DNA of 64,000 nucleotides from a virus. Below are positions 44,186-53,780 of the stretch, piece by piece; the first letter of the stretch is position 1; every line of letters begins with the position of its first letter. Made by a program: the position numbers and the translations under genes. The notes under the pieces were generated by a model. That model saw only the letters and a list, made by a program, of their open reading frames with translations, ran no database searches and was not told the origin of the DNA. The stretch lies in IMG/VR virus record IMGVR_UViG_3300034691_000037, positions 22,682-86,681 of that record; one strand, given 5' to 3'.

Positions 44186-45916
44186 TTAATCCTCTGCCTT
44201 AGTTCCGCGTTTAGTCATCACCGCCAACCATTGAACCCAGCGGCCGCCAACCCAGTGATACGTCCCACCGCCACCACCAGGGCCACTGCCTGGCACACCA
44301 CCGCCTGGGAACGAACCATCGCCGCCGTTGCCGCCGATGCCACCTGTCCCAGGGATTGAACCACCGGGAAGGTTATCGTTACCAGGTCCTGGACGTGTGG
44401 TATTTGAACCACCTGTTCCATCGTTTGCTGGATTGCCATCGCTACCACGACCGTGGTCGTACAGATACCCATAAAACCATTTAACGTAATCGCGCGATAG
44501 CCAACCTTCAGACACGTACTTTTCCCTAGCCTTCTCCACATCCAACGCATAGACCATGGATTGAAAGATCTGGAACGTAGCTTCAGGATGTTCCGATATT
44601 CCGATCAGCGCCTCTGGTGTAAAATCGGAATAGAGAGTAGGGAAGTTCAAACGCAAGTGATACTGCTTACGCAAGTCCAATGGGACAACAGTCCGCACAT
44701 TCAGATCTTTGTCGATGGTAAGCAACCGCTCACTCATGGGAACTGAGTCTGAGTACAGTGTAAAAAGTAAACTCGCCCCGCCTTTTCGCCCCAATGTTGC
44801 AAAGGTCGATTTCATGTACGTCAATTGCTCTAACGTAAACCGCACATTAGGGATCTGCTCAAGGTTGATGATATCTTGAGTGTCCTTAGGGTCCAGTGAA
44901 ATCATCCAGGTTGCAGCAGGAACGGTACGTGCTACAACCTTTCGATACCCAGGCATCCATTCGTCCCAATGTGGGAAGCGCATACCTGTAGTAGCTTCGA
45001 GCGGCGGCATTTCATTGCGCTTCAACACTTGGTGCAGAGCCGCGAGGCCAATGCTGCCATTCATTTCCATATCTTCTAATCCGAACCTTCTTTCCTTTGA
45101 GAAATACTGGTTAGAGATCAGAGACTGATGGACCATGAGCGGATACGCAAGATACAGGTGGGTGCATCGGTTGTAACGGATGTTGTACGTGAACTCGATC
45201 TCCCAAGCCGACGACTGGTCTTTCTTCGTCTCTTGAGGGATCTCATCAAATTCAAACCAGCCTGAGATTTCATCCTGCTTAAACGGCACCACCGTTGTGA
45301 GCTTTTCAACATCACCGTCCGGCGCGCCATCTGCCGAGAATTCCATTTTGGCGATCGAGTTAAAGTACTCCGGGAACGATTCCCCGTAGCCTGCGATCTT
45401 TTCCCTTAACGAATGGATCTCTGCTACCAGCGCCAGCACGCCATCATGGATGGGTACGTTGTAATTGATCTCGTGGTGCATCGCTTGGCGATACTCAGCC
45501 TTACGAACGGCTTGCTCATCACGCCATGCCTGCGCTTCACGCCGAGAGGAAGCTCGGTACTTGAAGGTAAGCTGAAGGTTCGATACCAGCATGACAGGGC
45601 GGACACTAAACCCAAGGCGACGATCTTCCAGATACGGAGGTTGGTCGTTAGTGCGAACCGTCTGGTTAGTAATGGATTCGTTCTGTAAGGTATCCTTAGC
45701 CGTAACGATCAGCTGAGACGAACTGTTGAAGTTAATCTCTGTTTCAGCATTAGGTCCACTACCACGTTGCTTGATGCTATCGAATTCATCCATCATGTAC
45801 AATGGCGTGTTTTCGTTAATACCACACACCTTCATGACATCACGAGCGATTTGCGTAGCGACGGGTAGTTGGATGTTTTGATAGTTGACAGCAAGTGGTG
45901 TTGTGATGCGAGGCAT
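44186..45916 (-). CDS. Virion structural protein (gp98-like position) with a Gly/Pro-rich C-terminal insert
   Basis: 576 aa; GGSIPGTGGIGGNGGDG...GGGGG tract. Confidence 0.55.
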   Translation of the reverse strand: MPRITTPLAVNYQNIQLPVATQIARDVMKVCGINENTPLYMMDEFDSIKQRGSGPNAETEINFNSSSQLIVTAKDTLQNESITNQTVRTNDQPPYLEDRRLGFSVRPVMLVSNLQLTFKYRASSRREAQAWRDEQAVRKAEYRQAMHHEINYNVPIHDGVLALVAEIHSLREKIAGYGESFPEYFNSIAKMEFSADGAPDGDVEKLTTVVPFKQDEISGWFEFDEIPQETKKDQSSAWEIEFTYNIRYNRCTHLYLAYPLMVHQSLISNQYFSKERRFGLEDMEMNGSIGLAALHQVLKRNEMPPLEATTGMRFPHWDEWMPGYRKVVARTVPAATWMISLDPKDTQDIINLEQIPNVRFTLEQLTYMKSTFATLGRKGGASLLFTLYSDSVPMSERLLTIDKDLNVRTVVPLDLRKQYHLRLNFPTLYSDFTPEALIGISEHPEATFQIFQSMVYALDVEKAREKYVSEGWLSRDYVKWFYGYLYDHGRGSDGNPANDGTGGSNTTRPGPGNDNLPGGSIPGTGGIGGNGGDGSFPGGGVPGSGPGGGGGTYHWVGGRWVQWLAVMTKRGTKAED

Positions 45917-45931
45917 ACATACTCCTAAACG

Positions 45932-45967
45932 TCATAGAGGGAGGGTCAGCTGACCCTCCCTCTATGG
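45932..45967. terminator. CATA...TATG-closed perfect palindrome
   Basis: CATAGAGGGAGGGTCAGCTGACCCTCCCTCTATG. Confidence 0.8.
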
Positions 45968-45974
45968 TCAGTGG

Positions 45975-47273
45975 TTAGTCCTGGAACACCGACTCTTCTG
46001 CAAGGGTCAGCACCGCATCGATGCGGACGATCAGATCAGTCTGGTGGCGAGTCATCGCCTTGGCGATATCGCCAAGCTCATCAACCAGAGTGTTCTCAAG
46101 ACGAATCAGGCGATGGATGTTGGCATCATGACCATGAACCATCTCCTCGCCCTTCTCATCGAACTTCTGCTCTGTCATCGAATTGATCACACCGCGTAAC
46201 TGTTTAAACGAGTTGTCGGTGGATTTGATGATCTGCTGAAGTTGCGTGGTTTGATGAGTAACCACTTCAGCAATCTGACTCAGCAGGTGTGCGACATCGG
46301 CAGGAGACAAGGATACCGGAGCATCCAAATGTTTCACGATGTCGGCAGCCGTTGGTGGCGATTCGACCAGCACGCAGTTGAGGATACGGGACTTGTGACG
46401 TTCCTCCCTCATCTCGTACTTGGCCTTACCCAGCATATCCGACCCTTGAGCTTTGAGAAGACTTGCAATCTTTGTCGCGTATTCAGAACTGTCAATGACG
46501 GTCTCGCCACGATCAAAGTTATTGATCAGAGCACCCATCAGCTCATTCTTTGCAGCACTGTCGACTTCGAGCATGTATTTCTCAAGCTCGTTGACAATGC
46601 CCAGCGCCACAGTCGAAAACTTCTTCAACTCCTCACCGCCGTTGTGAGCTGTGACGAAAGCATTACCCTCGATCAGCAATTCGCGGACACCCTTGCCGAG
46701 AGACAGAGGTTTACCACCATCACCTTTACGGTTTTTCATTTTGCCCTGAATGCGAGCAATACGATTGTGGAAACCCTGGGAAGTAGTGTTCATCCGAGCA
46801 AAGCCCGTAGCGACTCGCTCAAAGAACTTACCAGCTGCGTTCCACAGGCTTTTAGTGGCCGAGGCTACCCAACTTGCCACACCTTCCATCGATTCGCCTG
46901 TGATGCCATTACCAGCCTCTTGCAGGCGAGGAATGGTGGTGTCAAGCACCTTCTCCGCTTGATCAGCGCCGATGTTGGACAGGCCGATGTAAGTCTGAGC
47001 GTTACCAGGCGTCAGCTTATCGGCATTCTCAAGCGGGGTGGACACTGTACGAATAGCGCTGGTCACATCGTTGATGGTACCCGAATCAACTTTGAGGGCT
47101 TTGAGGTCCTCGACGACATCGATCACTGCGGCGCGGTGTTCACGTACGCTGTCGATATCTTCCTGAGTTACAGCACCTTCGTGAACAGGTTCTGTTGGCA
47201 CTGCAGGTACTTCTGCCGATTCAAGGCTGGCTCCGCTAAGACTGCGTTTGAAGTCACTGATAAATCGAGTCAC
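45975..47273 (-). CDS. phiKZ-like internal head protein paralog
   Basis: SLE and SME sites followed by an amphipathic helix. Confidence 0.75.
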   Translation of the reverse strand: MTRFISDFKRSLSGASLESAEVPAVPTEPVHEGAVTQEDIDSVREHRAAVIDVVEDLKALKVDSGTINDVTSAIRTVSTPLENADKLTPGNAQTYIGLSNIGADQAEKVLDTTIPRLQEAGNGITGESMEGVASWVASATKSLWNAAGKFFERVATGFARMNTTSQGFHNRIARIQGKMKNRKGDGGKPLSLGKGVRELLIEGNAFVTAHNGGEELKKFSTVALGIVNELEKYMLEVDSAAKNELMGALINNFDRGETVIDSSEYATKIASLLKAQGSDMLGKAKYEMREERHKSRILNCVLVESPPTAADIVKHLDAPVSLSPADVAHLLSQIAEVVTHQTTQLQQIIKSTDNSFKQLRGVINSMTEQKFDEKGEEMVHGHDANIHRLIRLENTLVDELGDIAKAMTRHQTDLIVRIDAVLTLAEESVFQD

Positions 47274-47281
47274 ACTGTCAC

Positions 47282-48448
47282 CTATTTGTAAGTTTTGATG
47301 GAATCTTCGCAGTAAGCAATACTAGCCCTGACTACGGACATTGAGTTGGAATATAACATACGGGAAGGGTTACCCATCCAATAGGTTAATGCTGAAACTG
47401 TACGACGTACCAGGCTGACATCATGCTCAGTACCTTCCATGTTGTTGGTCAGGTTATTGAGCGACGACTTAGCGTGATTGATGGCGGTACGCACAGGCAG
47501 GTTAGATGCAGACGAAAGACTGCCCAGCACCGATTTAAGGATTTCTGGAATGTGACCAATTTGGTTAGGTCGTAGGACGTCGAAATCAACATGGCTATCG
47601 ATCTTGAGTTCGCTACTTGTAGTCTTCTCATACATCAAGCCGTGAAAAGTAAAACCTGACACACCTTTCTTAAGTAGGTCGGACTGAAGATAAAAAATGC
47701 TGTGGCCACCAAGCAGCGGCTTACTTACCCGAACGTTCGCACGATTGAAACGTTCCTGCGGTGCGGACTGCATGTCAAGATCTTCGGCCACTTTATCAAA
47801 CTTGATCTTCTCGATCAGTTCAACCATTGCGAGCTCTAACATATCCCCTGACTTACCACGTACAGCACCAGGCATGTGAGTGGCTGTTTCGAGCAGGGAG
47901 TGTGTGTAAGTACCCGAGATTACATCAATGGTTTTTTGCAGGTACCTGAGTTCTTGTTCCAACCGGTTGGCTTCGCGGATGTACTTAGCACCCACTCGTA
48001 GGAACTTAGCCTGACGACCCATCGTGATCGTGGAGACGGTCGCTTGCATCCCGCTGGTGGTCGGAACCGCTTTAGCCAATACCGACACCTTACGACCCAG
48101 CCAGATTGCAGCCAGATCTAAAGAGGTAAGGAAATCAAGCACAGCTTTGAAGAACTCAGCAATAGCGCGACCAATGGCTTTAAGCACACCCATCGCGCTG
48201 ACACTCATGGCTTCTTGGCTGTAAGTGAACCCTTCAAGATCCATCGTGGTACCGGCGGTCAAAGCTGACATGACAGGACCTACAGCAGCCCTGAAGTTCT
48301 CAGGGGAAAGTTCCTGAAGCTGACCTAACGCATCGGCCGATTGGATTGAGCGCTGCATGGCTTCAAAAGAACTCTGAAGTGCGCGGTCACATTCCATTAA
48401 ATCAAGCAGTGGACTTTCATCCACTAGACTTGCAAAATTGATCACCAT
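47282..48448 (-). CDS. phiKZ-like internal head protein paralog
   Basis: SFE and SQE sites; C-terminal SIKTYK. Confidence 0.75.
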   Translation of the reverse strand: MVINFASLVDESPLLDLMECDRALQSSFEAMQRSIQSADALGQLQELSPENFRAAVGPVMSALTAGTTMDLEGFTYSQEAMSVSAMGVLKAIGRAIAEFFKAVLDFLTSLDLAAIWLGRKVSVLAKAVPTTSGMQATVSTITMGRQAKFLRVGAKYIREANRLEQELRYLQKTIDVISGTYTHSLLETATHMPGAVRGKSGDMLELAMVELIEKIKFDKVAEDLDMQSAPQERFNRANVRVSKPLLGGHSIFYLQSDLLKKGVSGFTFHGLMYEKTTSSELKIDSHVDFDVLRPNQIGHIPEILKSVLGSLSSASNLPVRTAINHAKSSLNNLTNNMEGTEHDVSLVRRTVSALTYWMGNPSRMLYSNSMSVVRASIAYCEDSIKTYK

Positions 48449-48546
48449 GGTTGGTGTCCTATTGGTGGGTTATACCATAGAGTACAGCATAAAGCGGAGC
48501 CGAAGCCCCGCTTTATGTTAGTCACGATAAGCCGTGTCGCTATGGC

Positions 48547-49881
48547 TTATTCTGCAGCAGCCGCATCAGGCTTTTTCTCTTCGACTTTCTTGCCGTAGGC
48601 GCCCAGGGACGCCTTGCCGAAGTTGTAACCTTGCTTACCGACTTTCGACGCGAAGTCGAGGTAGGTAGGGATGATGGTCTTGCCGGCGTTCAGCGCCTTG
48701 GTCACTTCGGCAACGATGGCACGAGCTTTCTTCGCGCCTTCTTTGTCGTCGCCCTTGATGGCGCTCAGTTTTTTGTCGACCGAGTCCAGCAGATCTTTCT
48801 GAGCCTTCAGAGCAACAGCGCCGGAGTTTTTGGACTCCAACAGGCGAGCACCCAGGCCTTCCAGAGCAGAACCCAGCGCTTCCAGTTCGGCTTTGGTCAG
48901 CGGAGCGGATTTCTCAGGACCGGCTTTCTTTTCAGGACCGGTGATGGTGAACTTGGTGCCAGCCAGAGCCGCAACGCCTTCACCAGCGCCAGGCTTCAGG
49001 GAAGCGGTGTGGCCACCAGGCAGGGCGTGTTCGGAAGACTTGATCGCGCCAGGAGCGGTCAGGCTGACGCTCTTAACGGTCGGAGTCAGCGAAACGCTGT
49101 TGACCCAACGCTGAACCACACCCGACAGTTGAACGAAGCTTTCCAGAGCCGCAGGCTTGTAGCCTTCGTCCACAGCTTTCACGGCGCCGGCAGGGTTGAA
49201 CGAACCACCGACGTTGAGCAGGTTGTAGCCCGACGTTTTCAGTTCTTCTTTCTTCACTTCGCCCTGAAGCTTGGCGGCCAGACGCTTGATCTGGGTGCCG
49301 CCATTCTTGATGGCCAGGCCGGAACGACCGATGGTGGTGAAGAATTCGGTGATGTAGGTCCACACCGCTTTGGCTGCAGCCTTCAGCATGTTCATCAGCT
49401 TGCCGATCAGACCTTCGGTCTTTTCTTCAGCTTCGGTGGTGTAGTCTTCGAAGCGATTGCTTTCGAAGGACTGTTGGATTTCCATCACGGCGCTTTCGTA
49501 GATGCCGGCCGGGATTTGGCGGGCTTCCATCGAGGAGGCGATCAGCTGGTTCAGCAGGGGTACTGCGAAACCGGCCAGAGGGCGGCCAGCGGCGGCTTCG
49601 GTGCTCAGTTGAACCTGGATAGCTTCCAGGCAGTCAACGGCTTCGACGATCTTTTCAGCGGCGGTGTCGTTTTCCAGCATCCGCTCAACTTTTTCAGCGG
49701 TGTCAGCAACGGCTTCTTCCAGCTCGGTTTGGGTTTCGTCGGTTACAACGACGAATTCTTCGGCGCCGACACCGCTGTGATCGTAGTCTTCTTCCGGCTT
49801 CGGGATCTCGCCGGATTCGATCGAGATATGCATCATCGCTTGCATGAAAGCTGTGGACATGTTGTTGACTCCATTAGACAT
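48547..49881 (-). CDS. Abundant internal head protein (gp93-like)
   Basis: Very strong codon bias; SIE/STE/SME/SFE sites; YTTEAEEK. Confidence 0.85.
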   Translation of the reverse strand: MSNGVNNMSTAFMQAMMHISIESGEIPKPEEDYDHSGVGAEEFVVVTDETQTELEEAVADTAEKVERMLENDTAAEKIVEAVDCLEAIQVQLSTEAAAGRPLAGFAVPLLNQLIASSMEARQIPAGIYESAVMEIQQSFESNRFEDYTTEAEEKTEGLIGKLMNMLKAAAKAVWTYITEFFTTIGRSGLAIKNGGTQIKRLAAKLQGEVKKEELKTSGYNLLNVGGSFNPAGAVKAVDEGYKPAALESFVQLSGVVQRWVNSVSLTPTVKSVSLTAPGAIKSSEHALPGGHTASLKPGAGEGVAALAGTKFTITGPEKKAGPEKSAPLTKAELEALGSALEGLGARLLESKNSGAVALKAQKDLLDSVDKKLSAIKGDDKEGAKKARAIVAEVTKALNAGKTIIPTYLDFASKVGKQGYNFGKASLGAYGKKVEEKKPDAAAAE

Positions 49882-49914
49882 TAAGTGTCGGTTGCATACC
49901 GACTGCGTATACGC

Positions 49915-50430
49915 TTATTGCAGAGCTGAGGCCCGAGAACGGTCGCCTACATATAACTGTAGGGTACTGGACAAGTCATCGACACCTACACGGGTGATCC
50001 AAAGCTGAATCAATGCCTCTGGCTCAATGTTAGCCAGCTCGGTAATGGCCATCAATTCAGACTGGGTGAAAGATGGAGCACGGGCCGTAGTGGCGGCGTC
50101 TTCTCTGATCAGCAATCCGCGATCTTGAAACGACACACGCCGCCGTGTGATGCGGCCCGTCAGGTACATCGCGGTCTCCGCGATGAAGGACTGGACAGAC
50201 CCGCCAATGCGGGTAGCCGGGTCCAGCGCGGCAACGAAGAAGCCGCGAGTGATCGACCATTCCCTGGTCATACTAGCTACCTGATCCAACTCCACTGCAA
50301 AGTTCGGACGGATAGGTGCAATGCGTGCTCGGTAAATATCGCTGACTTCTGGCGACTCGTAAACCGAATCAATTTGCCCGGAGATCGCCAGATACACCGG
50401 GAATCCGCGGTGCGTATAGACGACTGTCAT
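49915..50430 (-). CDS. Conserved jumbo-phage protein in the head operon
   Basis: 171 aa, ATGA coupling. Confidence 0.6.
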   Translation of the reverse strand: MTVVYTHRGFPVYLAISGQIDSVYESPEVSDIYRARIAPIRPNFAVELDQVASMTREWSITRGFFVAALDPATRIGGSVQSFIAETAMYLTGRITRRRVSFQDRGLLIREDAATTARAPSFTQSELMAITELANIEPEALIQLWITRVGVDDLSSTLQLYVGDRSRASALQ

Positions 50431-51329
50431 CGGGCACGCTCCTCATAGTCAGAGATCTTCTGACGCAGTACAAACAGCTCACGGTCGTAACCGTCGATGA
50501 CGGCTTCAATCGCGGCGTCTGGGTTACCGTTGCGTCGGTTGCGCAAAGCTTCCAGCCGCATTTCGATGACGCGCTTGTCTTTCAGAGCCCGGTCATAACG
50601 ATCGAGCTCGTAGTTAACCAGCGTGATGCCGATACGGTGAAAGATGCTTGATACGACTGGAATGATACCCAGCTGCAATGGATCGCCCTGAGCACCGGCC
50701 AATGTTGGCGAGTTGCTACCGTCCACATCACCCAGAGTGATTTCAGGCAGGTCGTCCAGCATCGCCATGATGATCTTGCCGTCTTTTGCAAGCAGCAACA
50801 TCACCTTGAAATAATCAGCACGGTGGCGTTGCAAGTACTTCAGTTCAGAAGGCGTCGAAGGGTTGATGTCCGGCTTATCAAAAGCCTCGATCTCACTTTC
50901 AGATGCCGCAATGAAGTTGAAGTTACGCATGCTGTAGTCGGCGAAGAAGTCGAGAAGTTCAACCAGTCTCAAGACGGAGCCCGTCTGATAGGTCACACCT
51001 TCGATATGGATCGTCGATGGTACGTTCTTATCGACGTACTGCTCAATGAGCTCCAGCAGCTTCTGACCGTTACCAATAGCTGTCATGAAGACCAACTTGT
51101 AAGGACCAGCCGCATTACGCACAGCCGATGTCGATTCGGACAACAGCTCCCGGATGAACGTCTTGAAGAAGGTCGATTTAGCTTTACGCTCATCGAGATC
51201 TTCAAAGACGGATTCAGCGGTAGGGCGAAGGATCTCCGAAAACTTACTGGAGATTGTGCGCAGCTTTTCCCGCAGGTCCTTTTTAGTGAACGAGGGGAGG
51301 ATGTTTTTCAGAAACGCTAAGATGTCCAT
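50427..51329 (-). CDS. Virion (inner-body) protein, gp90-like by order
   Basis: 300 aa, C-terminal coiled coil; synteny. Confidence 0.55.
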   Translation of the reverse strand: MDILAFLKNILPSFTKKDLREKLRTISSKFSEILRPTAESVFEDLDERKAKSTFFKTFIRELLSESTSAVRNAAGPYKLVFMTAIGNGQKLLELIEQYVDKNVPSTIHIEGVTYQTGSVLRLVELLDFFADYSMRNFNFIAASESEIEAFDKPDINPSTPSELKYLQRHRADYFKVMLLLAKDGKIIMAMLDDLPEITLGDVDGSNSPTLAGAQGDPLQLGIIPVVSSIFHRIGITLVNYELDRYDRALKDKRVIEMRLEALRNRRNGNPDAAIEAVIDGYDRELFVLRQKISDYEERAR

Positions 51330-51355
51330 GGATGCGGAGTCTCTTTAAAGATGGG

Positions 51356-52621
51356 TTACAGACGACCTGGGATACGGCCTTCCAGATACGAGCGCATGAT
51401 GTCAGTGATATCAGACTTCGCTTCGCCGCTCGACGACTTGACGTCACGGATGGCATAGGTCGCGCTGTTGTCGATGTCACGAGTGTAGATAGTCACGGTT
51501 TCGTGATCAGCGTCCACCACAAAGAGCAGGAGCATCAGACCCTGGTCGAAGATGGATTGACGAGTAGCGAAATCGGACAGGCGGCCGTTCATCAACTCTT
51601 CAGCTTCACGCGCGGTTTCTTTGGAAATCACGGCGATAGAAGAAGCGGCACCTACGGACGGTTCGCCAGTCAGCGCAGTAGCCATCAAAGCCTTGTTATC
51701 ACGCGCTACTGCTTTACGCAGATAGCCGGACTTATCAGCAACTGCCGCACGGCGATAGCGATCAACACGATCTGTTTGGAAGACCAGGTTACGCCAGCCA
51801 GCCAGATCACCCACACGCATCCGCATCCAACGCGCATCCAGGCTGTTATCTTCACCACCCAATGCCAACAGTTCAGCCAACGACACCGGTTCCATGCCGA
51901 TGGTTCTCAGACGGATCTGAATTGGCAGGACCATGCTCTGGCTACCATTGGTAACGTTCACATCGATGACCTGACCGATCGACAGGTCGGATACGTCCTG
52001 GATAGCCTTGGCGGTATTGGTAGCGAATGCCACCGATTGCTTTTTGATTTCTTCTTTAGCCTTTGGATCTTTCGGATCGGAAAGTTTACCGGGCATGGCA
52101 GCTTCGCTGCTGTAGCTTCCAAAGCGTTCCAGACCTTCTCGCTCGTTCGGAAACGGCAAGCCGAATTGATATGACTCAGTTGAAAGCCAGTTCTTACCGC
52201 CGCGGCCTTGCAGGAAGTCAGCAGTCGCTGCTTGCAGGTTGCGGTCCGGAGAGAACTTGTCGATACGGGAAGAAACTTTGATGCCGTCGATGGTGTTGTC
52301 GCTAGCCTGGGCCATCAGGTACAGACAGCTGAAATGACGCTGTGCGATGTTGAGCACATCTTTCGTGTACGGCAAACGAAGCAGACGGCTGTCGATCAGG
52401 GTGTAGGGTTCGACACGCAGAGACGAACCATAGCTGGCCAGGCTCTGACCGGCACCGCGACTCCACGCATTGATGATTGCATCAATGGCTTTGCTGACGG
52501 AGGTGTCAACCAATTTGTCTGCAAGCTTCTCACTTGCCCGGTATGCTAAGTGACCGCCCAGTGCGATACCGCCGATTTTAGCAACAGAACCTGCTGCTGA
52601 AAGAATACTAGAGATACTCAT
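51356..52621 (-). CDS. Virion (inner-body) protein, gp89-like by order
   Basis: RVEP motif, STE/SSE sites; start revised to MSISSIL with GAGGAG SD. Confidence 0.6.
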   Translation of the reverse strand: MSISSILSAAGSVAKIGGIALGGHLAYRASEKLADKLVDTSVSKAIDAIINAWSRGAGQSLASYGSSLRVEPYTLIDSRLLRLPYTKDVLNIAQRHFSCLYLMAQASDNTIDGIKVSSRIDKFSPDRNLQAATADFLQGRGGKNWLSTESYQFGLPFPNEREGLERFGSYSSEAAMPGKLSDPKDPKAKEEIKKQSVAFATNTAKAIQDVSDLSIGQVIDVNVTNGSQSMVLPIQIRLRTIGMEPVSLAELLALGGEDNSLDARWMRMRVGDLAGWRNLVFQTDRVDRYRRAAVADKSGYLRKAVARDNKALMATALTGEPSVGAASSIAVISKETAREAEELMNGRLSDFATRQSIFDQGLMLLLFVVDADHETVTIYTRDIDNSATYAIRDVKSSSGEAKSDITDIMRSYLEGRIPGRL

Positions 52622-52652
52622 CGATGTCTCCTCTAACCCCAATTTGTGTTCA

Positions 52653-52668
52653 AAATTACGCGTAATTT
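52653..52668. promoter_or_regulatory. 16-bp palindrome between divergent genes
   Basis: AAATTACGCGTAATTT. Confidence 0.5.
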
Positions 52669-52682
52669 AGTGAGGCTGGTTT

Positions 52683-53777
52683 ATGGGCGCTGAAACTGAT
52701 TTTTATTACTCGAAGCTAATGCAGTACGTGGCAGACCAACAAGGCCTGTCCGATCAATATGCGGTCATGGATAACATCTCCCGCAGCATGGGTGGGGGTA
52801 GTGAGTACGGCCGTTATGCAGATGTGTTCTACGGTGTTAACCGCTTATCTAACTTAGCGCCACTGCCACTGCATCGTGAGGATCAGGGCCTCGTATTGTT
52901 TACAAGGCCCAATCTCAATTTATCATACGATAACATTGCCACAGTGCGGGATCTGGCAGCGTTATACGTACAAGACCCAACCAGCTATCAATATGCTGTT
53001 CGGATGATGCTTGATACGACGACGTATGGCAGTACACCAAAAGGCAATGACAAGAAGCCAGCCAAGTCTCCTTTGGTCGATCCGCAGATGCCGTATTTGA
53101 ATCTATTCACCAACCTGATTCAAACCATGAGCTCACCGCCCGACATCCAGCTCAACGCCTACCGCTCACCTGAGGGTATGGCAAAAGAAGTCTGGTTGAT
53201 GAACGACAGCATTTCACAGTATAACGGCTACTTCGATTTGACCTGCACCTTTAACAACATTAAAGGTAACGTCATGGGGTTGGCGCTCCACTCGTGGATC
53301 AACTATATCGGTTATCTTCGTACAGGGCCAATCATTCCCCACCCTGAGAGTCGACGTCAGGACAAGATGGATTACTTCACCCGGATCGAGCGATACAAGT
53401 TCGACATCACTGGGCGGAAGATTGAACAATGGTTTCACACCGGTGCCTCGTTCCCAACCAACCTTTCATTAGGTGCGGGGATGGCGTACAACCGTGAAGA
53501 GGGGTACGAGTTTGAAAACAAATCTTACTCTGTTCAGTTTGCCTGTGTAGGGGCTTGCTACAACGACCCTATCCAGCTGTACGAATTCAACCTGCGTATC
53601 TCTCGTGCCAATCCAAACATGGCCGATGATAAACGCAAACAAGTCTACACCAAAGTGGACCGTCAATACATTGCGGCTACTAACTATCATGGTTACCCGT
53701 GGATCAATCTACAAACCATGGAGTTTGAATGGTGGGTGGCCAACGACGATTACGCAAAACTGATTAAAGGGCTCTGA
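52683..53777 (+). CDS. Virion structural protein (tail/baseplate, gp88-like by order)
   Basis: 364 aa; GLVLFTRPNLNL motif. Confidence 0.6.
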   Translation: MGAETDFYYSKLMQYVADQQGLSDQYAVMDNISRSMGGGSEYGRYADVFYGVNRLSNLAPLPLHREDQGLVLFTRPNLNLSYDNIATVRDLAALYVQDPTSYQYAVRMMLDTTTYGSTPKGNDKKPAKSPLVDPQMPYLNLFTNLIQTMSSPPDIQLNAYRSPEGMAKEVWLMNDSISQYNGYFDLTCTFNNIKGNVMGLALHSWINYIGYLRTGPIIPHPESRRQDKMDYFTRIERYKFDITGRKIEQWFHTGASFPTNLSLGAGMAYNREEGYEFENKSYSVQFACVGACYNDPIQLYEFNLRISRANPNMADDKRKQVYTKVDRQYIAATNYHGYPWINLQTMEFEWWVANDDYAKLIKGL

Positions 53778-53780
53778 TAA

